Source of the DNA: Bdellovibrionales bacterium
Lineage (GTDB): Bacteria; Bdellovibrionota; Bacteriovoracia; Bacteriovoracales; Bacteriovoracaceae
Direction of reading: 5' to 3'
Length of the DNA: 64,000 nt
Assembly (NCBI GenBank): GCA_018646675.1
Contig: JABGUH010000039.1
Span: 3,833 to 67,832 of the forward strand
How positions within the stretch are numbered: position 1 is the first letter of the stretch; each line of letters starts with the position of its first letter. The position numbers and the translations under genes are program-made. Positions 9,298 to 17,312 of the stretch are shown piece after piece. The notes beneath the pieces were generated by a model. That model was not told where the DNA came from. It did no database searches and worked only from the letters and a program-made list of their open reading frames with translations.

Positions 9298-10027
9298 AGT
9301 GAATTACCATCATAGTTCCAAAACCAATTGAGGTTGCAACGAGTAAAATAATCATAATCTGATATTTTACCGCCTCGACCGGGGAGGTGCCACTTAGAAT
9401 TTGGCCAGTCATCATACCGGGAAGTGCCACAATACCGGCGACACTCATCATGTTGATCATAGGAATAATTCCTGCATTAATACTCTCTCTGCGAATATCC
9501 AGTAGAGCTAAAGCTGGCGTCTCACCTAAAGCCAAGCGCTCCATAATTTCACCTCGCTTTTGATCGACCTGACCTAAAAAGCGATGTAGCGCGATTGCGA
9601 TCCCATTCATGGTATTGCCCAAGGCCATCCCCATGATTGGAATTAGATATTGTGGACGATACCAGGGAGTAATCCCAATAATTAATCGCAAAGCGATAAA
9701 GGTTATCACCAAGGTGGAGATGGCCAAGGCGACCGGCCCAACCAAATTGGTGCTACGTTTTAAAAAGTGGTAATCTTGACGCACAATAATTTCGCGGGCG
9801 GCAAAACAGGTCATAACTAAAATAACCCCGGCCAATGCCCAAGTACTCTGCAATAAAAATACTGACTTTAAAATTTGCCCCACCAGCAGAAGCTGTAACA
9901 CCATTCGCAAGGCGGCAATCAAAACTTTTTTCGCTACATCCAGTTGCATCAGGATAGATAAAAGAGTAACTCCGACTAATAGAAACCAGGCAATCGACAG
10001 ATCAAGATAACCCAATTTGACTAGCAC
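9230..10027 (-). CDS. fetB: FetB/YbbM-family (UPF0014) ABC transporter permease
   Basis: Polytopic membrane protein that follows an ABC ATPase, as in E. coli fetAB (ybbL-ybbM). The track ORF begins at 10072. I prefer GTG at 10027, preceded by GGGAGGGGAG and overlapping the fetA stop (GTGCTAG). That start gives ~265 aa, close to FetB length. Confidence 0.7.
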   Translation of the reverse strand: MLVKLGYLDLSIAWFLLVGVTLLSILMQLDVAKKVLIAALRMVLQLLLVGQILKSVFLLQSTWALAGVILVMTCFAAREIIVRQDYHFLKRSTNLVGPVALAISTLVITFIALRLIIGITPWYRPQYLIPIMGMALGNTMNGIAIALHRFLGQVDQKRGEIMERLALGETPALALLDIRRESINAGIIPMINMMSVAGIVALPGMMTGQILSGTSPVEAVKYQIMIILLVATSIGFGTMMVIHFTSKALFDQRERLCWERLKPRG

Positions 10028-10641
10028 GAAACTCCCCTCCCACTCCAGGTGGTGAGTTGATCGGCCAACCAAAGTGCTCGATCACCAACTCGTTCGAGCT
10101 GCTCTAAATCATGCGTCACCCAGATTGCGGCCCGCTGTTGATCTGCCGCCAGATACTCTTGCACTAACTGCTCAACTAAAATTTTACCTGCACTATCTAA
10201 GAAGGAGGTTGGTTCATCCAGTAGTAGAATTGTTGGCCCTTGCTGTAGTAGTCGTAGTAGCGCCAAACGTTGTCGCTCCCCACTAGAGAGAGTCACCGCG
10301 ACCTGCTCTAATATTGCAGGTTTTAGACCTACTTGCAGAAACCATGAATGAAGCTGTGGTGTTAAAGGAGATGGAAAGTGGTCACCGGCACAATAACGCC
10401 ACCAGCAAGAGGTAGGGCCTAAGTAGGAGACCTGCCGTCGCCATACTGAGGGGCCAAAATCCACCGCACTCACACCATTCAATCGAACCTCTCCCCGATG
10501 AGGGATCAAATCCGCACAAGCTTGTAGCAACAGACTCTTGCCAATACCTGAAGCTCCACTAATAGCGACGATCTCACCAGGATTAAGTGTCAGCTGACAT
10601 GGGCCAACCTGCTCGGTTGCCAGTTGATTAAGTTGGAACAC
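10021..10641 (-). CDS. fetA: FetA/YbbL-like ABC transporter ATP-binding protein
   Basis: Walker A GASGIGKS, ABC signature LSSGERQRLALLR, Walker B LLLDEPTSFLD and an H-loop THD. 206 aa, with no fused membrane domain. Confidence 0.8.
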   Translation of the reverse strand: MFQLNQLATEQVGPCQLTLNPGEIVAISGASGIGKSLLLQACADLIPHRGEVRLNGVSAVDFGPSVWRRQVSYLGPTSCWWRYCAGDHFPSPLTPQLHSWFLQVGLKPAILEQVAVTLSSGERQRLALLRLLQQGPTILLLDEPTSFLDSAGKILVEQLVQEYLAADQQRAAIWVTHDLEQLERVGDRALWLADQLTTWSGRGVSC

Positions 10642-10667
10642 TATTTTACCAGCACGATATATTAAGA

Positions 10668-12314
10668 TTAATAGTCAAAAGCACTATCACCGATAAACTC
10701 CTTGAGAATGGAAGTTCTAGTCACTAAGTGGCCATCCAACGGCAAGAAGTAAGAGAGAAATTTTAAAAGTCGTTTCGCTTCGGCATATTTGGAGTGAGTA
10801 CGCTCCACTTTTAGAAGTTCCCGTTCTGCTTGCGGCCGTAGCACTGCCAACTCGTAGAACAGTGCTGAGTTGAAAACTACATCGGCCATCTCCTGCAAAG
10901 GAAAGATGTTGACCTCCTCTCCGGCGCGGACGAGACGCCACTGCTCTAAAGTAGCGCCAGCACTATAGCCACGAAAGTTAGAGTCACGAACAATACGTCT
11001 GATTAAGCGAGTGTCCGAAGTAGATATCCGGTCGTGAGTGTGGAGGTTGAGTTGAGTGAGTGCTGAAACGTAGATCTTAAATTTATAACACTTATCAATT
11101 TTGGCGGTCAGCTCTGGATTAATCCCATGAATTCCCTCAACCACCAATACCTGTTTTTCCTTCAAGCGTAACAGGTGGCCACTCTTGCGGGTGCCAGTGC
11201 GAAAGTCGTAACGGGGAAGTTGAATCTCCTCTCCGGCGATTAGTTGTCCTAGATGAGTGGTAAATAGCTCGACATCGATCGCCTTCAATGACTCAAAATC
11301 GTGGCGACCATCCTCCGTTAGCGGTGTCTTATTTCTCTCTATAAAATAGTCATCCAAGGAGATGGTAACTGGAGTGACTCCATTAACATGCATTTGGACG
11401 CCTAACCGCTTCGAGAAGGTGGTCTTGCCGGAAGAGGAGGGGCCGGCAATCAGAATAACTTTTATCTCACTCCCTTCGCAGGTAATTTGATCTGCAATTT
11501 GTGCAACCTTTTTCTCATGCAGAGCTTCAGCGACCATGATTAAGTCATAGATGGAGTTATCCATAATATGGCCATTCAGCTGCCCTACCGTTCGCACCTT
11601 CAAGATGCGACTCCACTGTAGACTCTCTTGAAAGCTATCAAATATTTTGGACTGCTGATGGTCGTCGATCGGCGCTAACCTTTCACGACTCTTATCGAGG
11701 GATAGAATAACCCCCTGCTGATACTTCCAAAGCCCAAAGTAGGGAATATCTCCGGTTGAGGTTAGTAATGGTTGGTAGAGTGCCTCCTCTACTCCGTCCA
11801 GCTCATATAGCTTAAAGACCGAGGGGCGCATATAGCGAAAAAGAGTGAGGACATCCTTGCGATCAGCAGTTGCTAAGACCTGCATCTGCTCATCCCACTC
11901 ACGCTCCACCCGAGAGATGGGCAGATCTTTATCGACCATCTCCTGCATCGCTGCCAAAAGCGTTGACACCTCTTTAGTACTTAGCTCTCGCTCCTTGATG
12001 TCAATATAGATGCCATTAAAAATGGAGTGCTGAATAAAATAGGTAAGCTCCGGAAAAAGTTTATTAAAAGCCGAAATAAAGAGAAAAAGTACACTACTCT
12101 CATAGACTCTCTGCCCCTGAGAGGTTTCAAACTCTACCAAGTCAAGTGTGCCACTAACCCGCATCTTTTTGTTTAGCCGGGTTAAGTGACCATTAATCAC
12201 CGCAGCCATTGGCCGTTTAACCGAAATATTATGTTCCTTAATAAACTCAGATGGTGTTTGAAAGGGGGTGGTCTTATACTCCCTATTTTGATATGTAATA
12301 CAAATATTTTGCAT
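10668..12314 (-). CDS. Uridine-kinase/phosphoribulokinase-family P-loop kinase with a long N-terminal TGS-like extension
   Basis: 548 aa. The P-loop AGPSSSGKTTFSKRL sits at about aa 290, followed by a PRK/Udk-like core (ISLDDYF, VVEGIHGINPEL). The N-terminal ~280 aa begin like a TGS/ThrRS-N-type beta-grasp (ITYQNREYKTTPFQTPSEFIKEH...AAVINGHL). The ATG at 12314 is preceded by AGAGG. Confidence 0.6.
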   Translation of the reverse strand: MQNICITYQNREYKTTPFQTPSEFIKEHNISVKRPMAAVINGHLTRLNKKMRVSGTLDLVEFETSQGQRVYESSVLFLFISAFNKLFPELTYFIQHSIFNGIYIDIKERELSTKEVSTLLAAMQEMVDKDLPISRVEREWDEQMQVLATADRKDVLTLFRYMRPSVFKLYELDGVEEALYQPLLTSTGDIPYFGLWKYQQGVILSLDKSRERLAPIDDHQQSKIFDSFQESLQWSRILKVRTVGQLNGHIMDNSIYDLIMVAEALHEKKVAQIADQITCEGSEIKVILIAGPSSSGKTTFSKRLGVQMHVNGVTPVTISLDDYFIERNKTPLTEDGRHDFESLKAIDVELFTTHLGQLIAGEEIQLPRYDFRTGTRKSGHLLRLKEKQVLVVEGIHGINPELTAKIDKCYKFKIYVSALTQLNLHTHDRISTSDTRLIRRIVRDSNFRGYSAGATLEQWRLVRAGEEVNIFPLQEMADVVFNSALFYELAVLRPQAERELLKVERTHSKYAEAKRLLKFLSYFLPLDGHLVTRTSILKEFIGDSAFDY

Positions 12315-12341
12315 ATAAAACCTCTAATCAGAGAACTAGTA

Positions 12342-13412
12342 ATGAATGTCAATATGAAGATAACAGATAGCGATAGTGATCGACAACGATTGTTCGCCAC
12401 CTCTCTCTCAATCATCATCGCCATAATACTTTTTATTATTAAAGCTTATGCCTACGCCATCACCGGCTCCCAAGCCATTCTCTCTGACGCAATGGAGAGT
12501 ACGATCAATATCATTACTGCGATCGCCGCCCTCTGGGTGGTGGTGATTGGTAACAAGCCAGCCGACCGCGATCACCCCTTTGGCCACGGAAAAATTGAGC
12601 ACTTCGCCTCTGCCTTTGAGGGAGGGGCGATCGCCTTTGCGGGAGTGATCATTATTCTCCAAAGTAGCAAAATGCTCTTCAACGGCCCATCAGCGCTACA
12701 GGAGCTAAATACCGGACTAATGCTAATTGTCTTTGCAGGGGTAGTTAACGCCCTGCTGGGAATCTACCTCAAATATATTGGAAAAAAACACCAATCCCCC
12801 GCCATCTATGCTGATGGTGCCCATGTCCTCTCGGACTTCTGGACCAGCCTAGGAATTCTGGTGGGATTAATTGCAGTTAAAGTGACCGGACTTACCTGGC
12901 TAGACCCAGTAGTGGCAATTTTGGTTGGTGCCCTTTTAACTTATACTGGGTTTAAGCTACTACTCCAGTCAGGTAGTGAATTAATGGATAGTGAGGACCG
13001 AGGTGTTTTGACCAATCTAAAAAATCTATTTGAGCAGCACTCATTTCCCGGCATTATTCGCATGCACTACACTCGAGTAATGCGCTCTGGTCGTCAGCAC
13101 TTCGTGGATCTTCACTTGGTTGTTCCGGAGTACTGGACAATTGAGCAGGCCCATCTTGAGAGTGAGCGATTTGAAGCGATTATTATCCGCAACTACCCCT
13201 GCGCAGTGGAGATTCACTTTCACCACGACCCCTGCCGTGTAGAGTATTGCCAAGTATGTGACATTGAGGATTGCGAACTACGAGATACCCCATTTAGTGG
13301 CCGCCACCCATACACTATTGAGGAGCTGATCTCACCAGTAGACTCCATCTACGCCCTAAACTATCGTGGCCCCAAAAGTGATGACGTTAACTCCCCAAAA
13401 CCTCAAGAGTAA
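12342..13412 (+). CDS. Cation diffusion facilitator (CDF) family metal efflux transporter
   Basis: Six TM helices with CDF hallmarks (ILSDAMESTINIITAI, DRDHPFGHGKIEHF, HVLSDFWTSLG) and a cytoplasmic C-terminal domain. The track ORF starts at 12186 and overlaps the divergent kinase gene. The in-frame ATG at 12342 (MNVNMKITD...) is the plausible start; ATG at 12354 is also possible. Confidence 0.85.
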   Translation: MNVNMKITDSDSDRQRLFATSLSIIIAIILFIIKAYAYAITGSQAILSDAMESTINIITAIAALWVVVIGNKPADRDHPFGHGKIEHFASAFEGGAIAFAGVIIILQSSKMLFNGPSALQELNTGLMLIVFAGVVNALLGIYLKYIGKKHQSPAIYADGAHVLSDFWTSLGILVGLIAVKVTGLTWLDPVVAILVGALLTYTGFKLLLQSGSELMDSEDRGVLTNLKNLFEQHSFPGIIRMHYTRVMRSGRQHFVDLHLVVPEYWTIEQAHLESERFEAIIIRNYPCAVEIHFHHDPCRVEYCQVCDIEDCELRDTPFSGRHPYTIEELISPVDSIYALNYRGPKSDDVNSPKPQE

Positions 13413-13586
13413 CCAAAGTGACCACTAAAATTGGGGCCAAACCGCACCGGTATCACATTATCCCCCTAATTTCAGGTAACACCCCAATAATTATCAATAT
13501 GTTATGATATACCAACACTGGCACCCTTCTTGTATATTAGCAGATAGATATTGGTAACTGACCAGTTAATAAATGAGGAATATGTC

Positions 13587-13973
13587 ATGAAAACAATTAG
13601 TCTAATCATCGCACTTTTGGCCATCACTATGATCGGTACTGTTAACGCGGCAAGCTCTCTGGGGCAGAAAATTTTGGCCGATGAAGTTGTACGTGATTTC
13701 ATGGTTGCAGCAATTGAGACAGTAGATGGGGAACGTCTACTGACCAAGAATATTACTGTAGATGGTAAGTTAAAACGTTTTGTTCGCGCCAAGAAGCTGC
13801 TTGATTGTCGACGAATCCAGTTGGTTGGAAGCCGTAAATCTATCACTCCAAATGAGATTAAGTACCTATTTGCTCGTAAATCAACAAATATGAGACAGGC
13901 ACAGGGTGATGTGGCAAAAGAGCCCCATACTGACGGGTGGCCGATAAATAACGGCGGCGGTGGACGAAAGTAA
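13587..13973 (+). CDS. Hypothetical small secreted protein
   Basis: In-frame ATG at 13587 gives MKTISLIIALLAITMIGTVNAASS, a classical signal peptide with an AxA site. About 105 mature residues ending GGGGRK. A hairpin plus T-run terminator follows. Confidence 0.5.
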   Translation: MKTISLIIALLAITMIGTVNAASSLGQKILADEVVRDFMVAAIETVDGERLLTKNITVDGKLKRFVRAKKLLDCRRIQLVGSRKSITPNEIKYLFARKSTNMRQAQGDVAKEPHTDGWPINNGGGGRK

Positions 13974-14010
13974 GCCATCGTATCGCTGTAAAGTAATCAA
14001 TCTTTTATAA

Positions 14011-14035
14011 AGGGGCCTGTCAGGCTCCTTTTTTA
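14011..14035 (+). terminator. Rho-independent terminator candidate
   Basis: AGGGGCC-tgtca-GGCTCCT forms a 7-bp stem with one G-U pair. It runs directly into TTTTTT (14029-14035), about 35 nt after the stop at 13973. Confidence 0.55.
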
Positions 14036-14183
14036 TCAACTAAACTCTACGCCGCTCCACGTAAAAAGTTGCCTCATCTTCCCTAAACTCACAGCATAAT
14101 CCTATCTATTTTCACTAGATAGGATAGAATAAACTTAGTAAAGCTTAAGCAACTGTGAATATGGATATCACTTTAATCGACCA

Positions 14184-14708
14184 ATGATGGGCCAAAAACG
14201 CACCTTTATACACTACATCTGGAAAACTGGCGATGGTGCTGGATTGATTGATCTACTGATTGGTTCAATCTTTGTCACCATGGCAGGTATGGCCCTGATG
14301 AGCAAGGTGGCCACCGTCAATATCGACCAGAAGAGATTAGAACAACGTCTTAGATTCTATAATGTGGCACAGTCCATCTCCTCAACCGTAGCATCTATGT
14401 CTTCACAGGAGCTCTATAACTTACTTTCAGATGAAGAGAGAGTACGAGGAGAGAGTTTAGGTGTTGGGTTAAGCGACCAAGAGCAGAGCTGGATAACCTA
14501 TTGGCAGGATAGCAACAGTCAGATTAGTAAAATATACCTCTATATAAAAATATACAAGTCTCTCTCGCCCAAAGTGGAGTTTAGTACCATGGAAGATATT
14601 TCCGGCCAAGATGAGCTTAAAGAGTATCCAAAGGAGATTGTGGCAGAAGTAATCCCCCAAGACGGTAAAACCGTGGAGCACACTATATGGGTCGAGCAAG
14701 AGCTCTAG
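14184..14708 (+). CDS. Hypothetical membrane-anchored protein with a degenerate prepilin-like N-terminus
   Basis: 174 aa. KTGDGAGLIDLLIGSIFVTMAGMALM resembles a G/xxLIE-LL pseudopilin leader plus hydrophobic helix, with Asp replacing the conserved Glu. Overlaps the next pseudopilin gene by 22 nt. Confidence 0.4.
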   Translation: MMGQKRTFIHYIWKTGDGAGLIDLLIGSIFVTMAGMALMSKVATVNIDQKRLEQRLRFYNVAQSISSTVASMSSQELYNLLSDEERVRGESLGVGLSDQEQSWITYWQDSNSQISKIYLYIKIYKSLSPKVEFSTMEDISGQDELKEYPKEIVAEVIPQDGKTVEHTIWVEQEL

Positions 14709-15301
14709 CTAGTAATGGCTTTACCTTGATAGAGCTATTGGTGGTGGTTGCGGCCACCTCCGGCTTAGTGTTGCTCTCGATGCTAATCATTCAAAAAAAG
14801 GACGACTACACCAAAAAGTTGGCAGCTAACATCACTCCGCCAACAGTTACTTTTAATCAAATCAAAAAAAGTTTAAACAGTGCCTACAAGATAGAGAAAG
14901 TGGGTAACATCCTAAAAATTCATGTAAATCGTTACCATAATAGCACCTTCAAAACCCAGGTCTTTACCTTTTACAACCTCACTGTCAACAAAAGCGACCA
15001 GAATTGGAGTGATCTTCCTGTAGAATATAGGAAAGGGCGAGATAGCTATCAATGGATCGTGCGCAGAGAGCATCTGAGCGGAAAGGAACTCATCTATTGG
15101 GATATTAAAAATCTTGCTATCTGTTGGCCGGCGGGGATGGACTGTAGTTACTTAGGCTTTAACCACCCTTCTAATGGGAGTGCGAGCCGCCTGCTACTGA
15201 GAGCAACGCCTCAGATAGGAAGGAAGATAGAGTCGATTATCTACTTGGACAACTATCTGGACGGTGAGACTCCCAGAAAAAATATCAAGTTGATACATTA
15301 G
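14687..15301 (+). CDS. Prepilin-type N-terminal cleavage/methylation domain protein (pseudopilin)
   Basis: The N-terminus MGRARALASNG|FTLIELLVVVAATSGLVLL is a canonical class III signal (G-FTLIE plus hydrophobic helix). 204 aa. Confidence 0.7.
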   Translation: MGRARALASNGFTLIELLVVVAATSGLVLLSMLIIQKKDDYTKKLAANITPPTVTFNQIKKSLNSAYKIEKVGNILKIHVNRYHNSTFKTQVFTFYNLTVNKSDQNWSDLPVEYRKGRDSYQWIVRREHLSGKELIYWDIKNLAICWPAGMDCSYLGFNHPSNGSASRLLLRATPQIGRKIESIIYLDNYLDGETPRKNIKLIH

Positions 15302-15332
15302 ACTAGGACTAAAGATAGGGAGAGGGAACAAT

Positions 15333-17228
15333 ATGAAAAAGCAACTGCTTCCCCCAATTTTAAAAAATGATCAAGGCTTCGCAATTATCATTTTTGCCAT
15401 CACCATTGTCATCTTGATCGCCTTCGGCATTGCCAATATTGATATGGGGGCCAGTAATAAAGGTAAGGAGACGATTAAAAATATCATCCAAACCAAGGGA
15501 GGAGAGGAGCTAGCAAGAGTTCTACGGTTGAAAACGCTAAAGATCAAGGAGCGCCTGCTAGTGGGAACCAGTAGCGCTAGAAGTGCAGTTGAAGCGGACT
15601 ATCGCTGCTCCAGTGGATCTTCCATCGATACTCCCAGCTCTCATACGGTGGAGGTCGTTGATCCACAGCAGAGTATAATATTTATCTGTAAATTGAGCCA
15701 AAACAGCGGTGAAGATGGATACCTACTCTCTGCCTACTTAAAGAGGCGGGAGGAGATTCAAAAAAGGTTTTCTCAACTCTTTATTAATAAGCGTCAAGGT
15801 TCTGTGGGATTTATTAGCAGGGTTATCGGAAGCGTTAGCAGAACCAGAGATAGTGGTGAAAATGGAAGCCTGCTTAAACACTCCCCCCTATTTATTGGAG
15901 ATCTTATTACAACTGGGAGTAGTTCGACCACAACGCTAGAGTTGAAGGATAAGTCGAGTATTGTGCTAGGAGCGAGTACTACCTTTAAAATTGATGATTT
16001 TAAATTTAAAACTAAGCAGCAGCGGGTTGGTGTATTTACTGCCACCGCGGGGTTTATTAAGGCGTGGATTAGAAAAAAGAGTGAAAATCAACGGGTAATT
16101 TTTAAGACCAATAGTGCCGCCATGGGTATCAGAGGGACCGTCTTCTCTCTTAATGTTGCCAAGCTAAACGCAACCACCGGCCAATTTATTGATGATGTTA
16201 TGCTGGAAGAGGGGTGGATTGAGCTCAAAGATATCAATCAGAATGTGGTCATCGCTCAGTTAAAAATGGCTTATCAAAACGCCTCTACAGTGACGGAAGT
16301 TGATGGGTATACTAATGGTTATACTGGGGGTGGGAGCACAACAGGCACGACAGCAGCAATTCCCTCCCAGGAGAACCGTGCGATTCTCTACTTTGACACT
16401 GCCATCAACAGAATGGCGGCGTTAACAACCGCTGAGCCAATTAATAACAGTAGTGCAACTAGACAGCTATTGGCTTCTGCTGATACCAGTGATACTGAAC
16501 AACTGGCCGCCGTCAGCAACATCTCCACTGAAACTGCTGGATATGTTAGCACCATTAAAGATACCATTGCATTAAACCCTGGTGCCAATAACCCACTTTT
16601 AAATATTGCAGTCAATCCGGTACTGGTTGCATCTAATATTCCAGCTCCAGCAGTGAATGTGATGCCGAACCTAGCAGCGGCGGCGACGGCGATGAAAGTG
16701 ACAACGAAGAAGGACCTAAAGCAACAAGCAGCAGCACAGGCGGCCCCCGCCCCCCGAGCTAAATTTTCAGCTCGTAAAGCTCCACTGGTTGCAACCGCCA
16801 GTATGGCCCCACCGGCCGGAACTGCTGCGACTGGATTTACCTATACTGTATCCAATGCTGATCCGCTGCTGGATGAAGTAGAGACCGAAGTTGAGGAGAG
16901 AGAAGAGGATAAGGAGGATAAGAAGGAAGAGGATGAGGATGCTACTCCACTTACACCTGCTGAGAAAGCACAAGAGGCAAGAGATTTTAACCACCAAAAG
17001 CAAGAGCGGCTTGAGCAGTTAGAAGAGAAAATGACTGATGCAGAAATGCAAAAGTTAAAAGATATACTGTTAGATAAAAGTCTAGATGAACAGAGTAGAA
17101 TAATTATGGAAGCTGAGGAGAAGAGTAAAATTGAGCTTCAAGACTATCTTGAAGATTGGGAAGCACCTAATCCTGCTAAGGATAAATCATATTTGAAGAG
17201 GCTTAAGGACTATTTAATATTTTGGTAA
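15333..17228 (+). CDS. TadG-like N-terminal anchor / FecR-like domain protein with an Ala/Thr-rich linker and acidic coiled-coil tail
   Basis: 631 aa. The N-terminus DQGFAIIIFAITIVILIAFGIANIDMG resembles the TadE/TadG-like pilus-assembly membrane anchor. Residues ~185-275 (TTLELKDKSSIVLGASTTFKI...FKTNSAAMGIRGTVFSLNV) match the FecR-domain pattern. The C-terminal ~150 aa are highly acidic or Lys-rich (EVEEREEDKEDKKEEDED...). Confidence 0.55.
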   Translation: MKKQLLPPILKNDQGFAIIIFAITIVILIAFGIANIDMGASNKGKETIKNIIQTKGGEELARVLRLKTLKIKERLLVGTSSARSAVEADYRCSSGSSIDTPSSHTVEVVDPQQSIIFICKLSQNSGEDGYLLSAYLKRREEIQKRFSQLFINKRQGSVGFISRVIGSVSRTRDSGENGSLLKHSPLFIGDLITTGSSSTTTLELKDKSSIVLGASTTFKIDDFKFKTKQQRVGVFTATAGFIKAWIRKKSENQRVIFKTNSAAMGIRGTVFSLNVAKLNATTGQFIDDVMLEEGWIELKDINQNVVIAQLKMAYQNASTVTEVDGYTNGYTGGGSTTGTTAAIPSQENRAILYFDTAINRMAALTTAEPINNSSATRQLLASADTSDTEQLAAVSNISTETAGYVSTIKDTIALNPGANNPLLNIAVNPVLVASNIPAPAVNVMPNLAAAATAMKVTTKKDLKQQAAAQAAPAPRAKFSARKAPLVATASMAPPAGTAATGFTYTVSNADPLLDEVETEVEEREEDKEDKKEEDEDATPLTPAEKAQEARDFNHQKQERLEQLEEKMTDAEMQKLKDILLDKSLDEQSRIIMEAEEKSKIELQDYLEDWEAPNPAKDKSYLKRLKDYLIFW

Positions 17229-17231
17229 CCC

Positions 17232-17302
17232 CCAAAAGGTAACCGGTACCTTTTGGAGGCTATTCGCGTTATTTCTACCAAAAGGTACCGGTTACCTTTT
17301 GG
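17232..17302. terminator. Twin hairpins (two 25-nt elements, exact reverse complements) between convergent genes; candidate bidirectional terminator
   Basis: 17232-17256 is CCAAAAGGTA-ACCGG-TACCTTTTGG. 17278-17302 is CCAAAAGGTA-CCGGT-TACCTTTTGG. Each has a perfect 10-bp stem, and a 21-nt spacer separates them. They lie in the 84-nt gap between the stops at 17228 (+) and 17313 (-). Confidence 0.6.
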
Positions 17303-17312
17303 TTGAGATCTT

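Noticed and set aside
12186-12341. 52-codon N-terminal extension of the CDF transporter ORF
   Set aside because: It overlaps the start of the divergent kinase gene and encodes no CDF-like sequence. The in-frame ATG at 12342 lies just before the first TM helix.
13502-13978. 158-aa minus-strand ORF covering the same interval as the small secreted-protein gene
   Set aside because: It is the antisense shadow of the + strand ORF. It has no signal, motif or RBS. The + strand reading gives a textbook signal peptide and is followed by a terminator.
17232-17302. Considered whether the repeated 25-mers are a CRISPR fragment or IS terminal inverted repeats
   Set aside because: There are only two copies, in inverted rather than direct orientation, 21 nt apart. 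Nothing is encoded between them and there are no cas or transposase genes nearby. A terminator or REP-like reading fits better.
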